A DNA stretch of 14,394 bases, taken from NCBI GenBank assembly GCA_043228905.1, contig JBHGNT010000870.1:1-14394 (forward strand), read 5' to 3'. The translations under genes were made by a program, and so were the position numbers. Source of the DNA: Azolla caroliniana. Its lineage: Eukaryota > Plantae > Polypodiophyta. Positions 11,001-14,394 of the stretch are shown here, piece after piece; position 1 is the first letter of the stretch; each line of letters starts with the position of its first letter. The notes under the pieces were generated by a model. The model was not told the DNA's origin and searched no databases. It was given only the letters and a program-made list of their open reading frames with translations.

Positions 11001-11495
11001 ACGCGCAACATACCATTCAAACTGGTATATGGACAAGAGGAGGTACATCCCATCGAGTTCCTCGTCCCTAGCCTTAGGATAGCTATTCAAGAACGATGGG
11101 ATGGGAACCTCCTCCCGTCATGCCTAGAGAACCTAGAACGGTTGACCGAAACTCGCCTTCTCGCATTCCAAGCACTCTTGACAGAGAAAGCCAATAGAAA
11201 GGCGTAGCACGAATACAAAGTAAGGGATAAAGATCTAGTTGAAGGGGACATGGCTCTCAAATTCGCCTCTCAACGACGCAAGAAGAAGCTCATATTACGA
11301 GGTGAAGGCCCCTACGTAGTCTCAGAGATTACCAAGACAAGAGCATGTCGAATACGCACACTCGAAGGAATCGACATCCCATGATTCATCAATGGGAGCA
11401 AGCTCAAACGTTACTACGGACCCTTCACCCTGGAAGCCCTGCTCACGGCTCGAAAACAAGAAGTGGAAGCCAAACTTAAAGCATTCGAAGGCTAA
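8068..11495 (+). pseudogene. pol: Gypsy pol: protease 1 C-terminal strand, RT, RNase H and integrase with GPY/F region; inactive
   Basis: Protease end LVMDFGKD. RT motifs WVSPIVVISKKNGQIRICVDY, SFINGFSGYNQI (D>N), QMPF and YVDD (9324-9335). RNase H motifs SDAS, EREAL, VDHQ, LADH. Integrase HHCC (H..GHF..CDECQR), WGIDF, ISNQG (D>N), NRQAKSTN (E>K), and GEGPY..INGSKLKRYY. In-frame stops end at 9041, 9734 and 11207, with another near 11384. Confidence 0.96.
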
Positions 11496-11907
11496 ATGGC
11501 CCGACTAGAAACCAACCTTCCCAATGCGCAAGCGAAACTGAAAAGACAAGGTGAAGCCCACTCTACGGCTATTGCTAGGTCGACATACCCTAATGACGTG
11601 ACAACACACCTACCATGCTTCGCCGAAGGCGTATCCCTAACAACAATAATCGATACCGGAGCATCACTAACCCTTTTCTCTTTCGAAACGTGGGAGCATC
11701 TAGGTTTCCCGGACCTCGAAGCGTGCAACGACAACTTCCTTGGCTTCAATGGTTTGACATCACGCTGCCTCGGAGCCTTTGTGTATAACATCAAGACACA
11801 ATATAGTGACCACTCAATCTGAGTTCGGATCCTCCCACCGAAAGTGTTGTACACCCTGTGCCTCCTCGGTTTGGATTGGTGTCACATAAGTGAATCTCTC
11901 TTGTTAC

Positions 11908-12476
11908 CATAGATTAACACATGTGTGATATTCGTAATATTCAAGAATACGAAATCGCCCCAAGAATATTATAAATCCATTCGTTTTATTTAAATAAATT
12001 TATTTCACCAAAAAATGAACAATTATTCATTAGTTTATGAAACTTATTTTAATTAGCTAATTAATTAATTAATTTTTAAAAATAAATATATTTATATTTA
12101 TTATAAAAATATGATTAGTGTGAACTTTCAAGTCCTATTTTTAATGTCAAGATAAAAATATCCATAAATTTTGAGGAAATAAAAAGTGAAAAATTAATGA
12201 ACTTTTATTTTATTTTATTTATTTATTAAAAATAAAATGAATACTTATAGTTATAAGTTACACATTTATTATAAAAATTGAGTACTCTCAAGTCCCTCTT
12301 TTATTATCCCTATTTATTGTCAAGTTCCTTTTTTTTATCCCAAGAAATTTAAAAAGATAAATTTATGTACTCTTTTTTGTTTTTTTTTGTCAAACGAATA
12401 CTTGACCACCCATTCATATTCGTATTCATTTGCCTTCGAATGGGAAACCCCATGAATGCGAATATGTCAATCTATG
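11908..12476. mobile_element. 569-bp non-autonomous DNA transposon (MITE), probably hAT superfamily
   Basis: Perfect 8-bp TSD CTTGTTAC at 11900-11907 and 12477-12484. TIRs CATAGATTAACACAT and ATATGTCAATCTATG match at 13/15. ATATTCGTA/GAATACGAA-type subterminal motifs are present, the interior is very AT-rich, and excision restores the host reading frame. Confidence 0.93.
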
Positions 12477-12570
12477 CTTGTTACCAAGCAAGAACATTGT
12501 TTCCTTCCAAACTGCAAATGGTGTGAAGTTCGAGAAACTCGTTACAACAACACTCGAACCACGTCCCACC

Positions 12571-12966
12571 AATCTCGATGAACCCCAGAATGTGAAAACA
12601 CCCAACCAAAAAGCACTCGCGCCACCACCGGCCACCCAAGGTCAGAGTAATGCTAACATTGGAACAAGGACATCCACGCCATGCAAGTGGGTGAATGTCC
12701 ACGCGACTTTCACCGAAGGACCCCGCCGCGGAGAACATGCTGTTTGGTGACTCAGAAAACAACTCACAAATCTCGATGAACCCCAGAATGTGAAAACACC
12801 CAACCAAAAAGCACTCGCGCCACCACCGGCCACCCAAGGTCAGAGTAATGCTAACATTGGAACAAGGACATCCACGCCATGCAAGTGGGTGAATGTCCAC
12901 GCGACTTTCACCGAAGGACCCCGCCGCGGAGAACATGCTGTTTGGTGACTCAGAAAACAACTCACA
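12571..12966 (+). repeat. Exact 198-bp tandem duplication
   Basis: 12571-12768 equals 12769-12966 with no mismatch seen. There is AA microhomology at the junction, and the length is 66 codons. Confidence 0.96.
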
Positions 12967-14139
12967 AACGCCCAAGGTTGGCACAAAGGTGCCACTCGCT
13001 TCTAGGTCCTGAAACGAAGCCGACGCCCCACCCACGTCCATACCACGACTGCACGGGACACCCGACAACTGTGCACATTGACCAAATACCCCGCCTAGGT
13101 TAAGGCCATAGACCTCGACCGAACTCAGCAACTAGGAGGCCGAATTCCCCATAGAACTGCCTTATATGCCCCCCCTTTCTCCCCTAAAAAGACGTCACGG
13201 GTCTGGGTCCTTAAAGGCATACAAAGGCCCTCTGACAACACTCAAACAACACACCCCCAGCCCCAACCCCACCGCTCCAACCCGACCCAAAAGCCCCTAA
13301 CGTTCCTAAACTCTCACAAAACCCTCGGTGGATCCCCGTCAACTCTACCGTCCGCACATAAATCTTAGTCCACCCCACACCCCTTTACCCCCTCACCATG
13401 CCTTATGTCACTTTGTTCATCAACTACTCGACCTGTCTTCTCCCTCGACCTCTGTTACCGTCCCCATTAGACAATAATTTATTTATTCATTACTCTTAAT
13501 GTCCCCATCCGCAAATTTTCGTTTTTTTGTCCATTTATTCATATTTACCATCTATTTTCTTTCTAATGGTTACCGTTTATTTTTAGTGGCCCCTCGACCG
13601 GTTATTTATACTCGTTTTCTATCTAATTTCTATTTCTTATGTTTCGTTCTTTTAAATATTATTTTTCATACTTAATTTTAGGTTCTTGTTAATTCTTTCC
13701 CTCTCTTTTGCCCTCCTCCCTCCACTCCTCTTTCCCCCTCACCACTCTCTCTTCTCCCTCCCTACTCTTCCACCTCCCTCTGTGTTGCGCCCCAACCCCT
13801 CTCGTTCTGCACTCTACCCTTGTTTTCTCTCCCCCCTTTTGATTACCGCTCTCCTCCACGCACTGCTTCTCGCCACCACCTCCTCCTCGGTCTGTTGCAA
13901 ACTCCCTCGGGTAGGTCTCAAATCTGTTTTTTTTGTGCTCTCTCACTCGGCCCCCGCCAACGCCACATGTTGTCCACAACCCACCCCCTGTGACAACCAC
14001 GACGACTACCATGTCGTTTCTGCCAGCCTCTTGTCGCTTGCGATCACTTCTGGACATTTCACCCACGGCCTCGTTTCATCCCCCGACAATCCTCTCTTTG
14101 AATCACCCCCCGTTCGACGAGTGAATCGTTTCTCGTCCT

Positions 14140-14342
14140 GGTTCGAAGAGAGGCACTCTTCGAACCACTCACCCTCGGTTCGAGGAGAGGCACTCTCGAA
14201 CCCCTCACCCCCGGTTCGAAGAGAGGCACTCTTTGAACCACTCACCCTCGGTTCGAGGAGAGGCACTCTTCGAACCCCTCACCCCTGGTTCGAGGAGAGG
14301 CACTCTTCGAACCACTCCCCCCGGTTCGAAGAGAGGCCCTCG
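14140..14342. repeat. Tandem array of 36-37-bp hairpin units (about 5.5 copies) in the retroelement 3' region
   Basis: Unit GGTTCGAAGAG-AGGCA-CTCTTCGAACC-ACTCACCCTC starts at 14140, 14177, 14213, 14250, 14287 and 14323 (partial). Each has an 11-bp stem, a 5-nt loop and a near-constant 9-10-nt linker. Confidence 0.95.
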
Positions 14343-14394
14343 TTGCCCAAACACAACCTAGACAGTAACACATAAGTCCCTTTAAAAAATAAAT

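Larger units (their letters stand above)
11496..13470 (+). pseudogene. Post-integrase extension: second retropepsin-like aspartic protease plus Pro-rich tail with W-V-x-K motifs, interrupted by a MITE
   Basis: Same frame as integrase. Reads VSLTTIIDTGASLTLFS (DTG at 11652-11660), FLGFNG (flap-like) and CLLGLDW (11859-11879). After removing the MITE and one TSD the frame continues ESLLLPSKNIVSFQTANG..., NAQGWHKGATRF*VLK and RVWVLK. The right boundary is approximate. Confidence 0.8.
3655..14394 (+). mobile_element. Rearranged, inactive Ty3/gypsy LTR retrotransposon, non-chromovirus (Athila/Tat-like); 3' LTR not in window
   Basis: Domain order is PR-RT-RH-INT. Supporting features are the VFAWSY.DM.G and GFSGYNQI RT motifs, a tRNA-Asp-type PBS, no chromodomain, and a long post-integrase region with an extra domain and tandem repeats. 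Confidence 0.92.

Noticed and set aside
11208-11822. Chromodomain or additional RNase H after integrase
   Set aside because: No YLVKW..TWE chromodomain pattern and no FDG(A/S)..N.AEY RNase H pattern were found; the motifs are retropepsin-like instead.
12430-13131. ORFs 12430-12750 (+) and 12481-13131 (-) as independent genes
   Set aside because: The plus ORF starts inside the MITE and is a piece of the polyprotein tail. The minus ORF is its antisense shadow, lengthened by the duplication.
13196-13245. Second copy of the integrase-end motif (SGSLKAYKGPLT versus NGSKLKRYYGPFT)
   Set aside because: The match is in a different frame from the continuous tail frame (RVWVLK) and is short, so it is likely coincidental.
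14140-14342. CRISPR array (palindromic repeats of about 27 bp)
   Set aside because: The linkers are only 9-10 nt and nearly identical rather than unique spacers, there are no cas genes, and the context is a plant retroelement.
13686-14375. 229-aa plus-strand ORF as an env-like or membrane protein
   Set aside because: It has a TTG start, low-complexity L/P/S content driven by polypyrimidine DNA, and runs through a repeat whose 37-bp unit is not a multiple of three. No env motif was recognised.

Overview
Eukaryotic, most likely land-plant, nested-transposon DNA with no intact host gene. From left to right: (1) 1-1623 is an AT-rich probable DNA-transposon remnant with a palindromic GATACAWTGTATC repeat array. 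(2) About 1624-3650 is a dead Ty1/copia RT-RNaseH fragment on the minus strand. (3) About 3655 to the window end is a dead non-chromovirus (Athila/Tat-like) Ty3/gypsy element on the plus strand with an unusual layout. Its first protease is split by a 3.65-kb block (LTR + tRNA-Asp-type PBS + 18-bp-period leader array + gag with four Zn knuckles) and rejoins in frame when the block is removed. RT-RNaseH-integrase continues in the same frame into a second retropepsin-type protease domain with an intact DTG motif, followed by a Pro-rich W-V-x-K tail. That tail is interrupted by a 569-bp hAT-type MITE (8-bp TSD) and carries an exact 198-bp tandem duplication. The 3' region holds an array of 37-bp hairpins, and no 3' LTR is visible in the window. 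All domain calls come from reading motifs by eye; no database searches were run.
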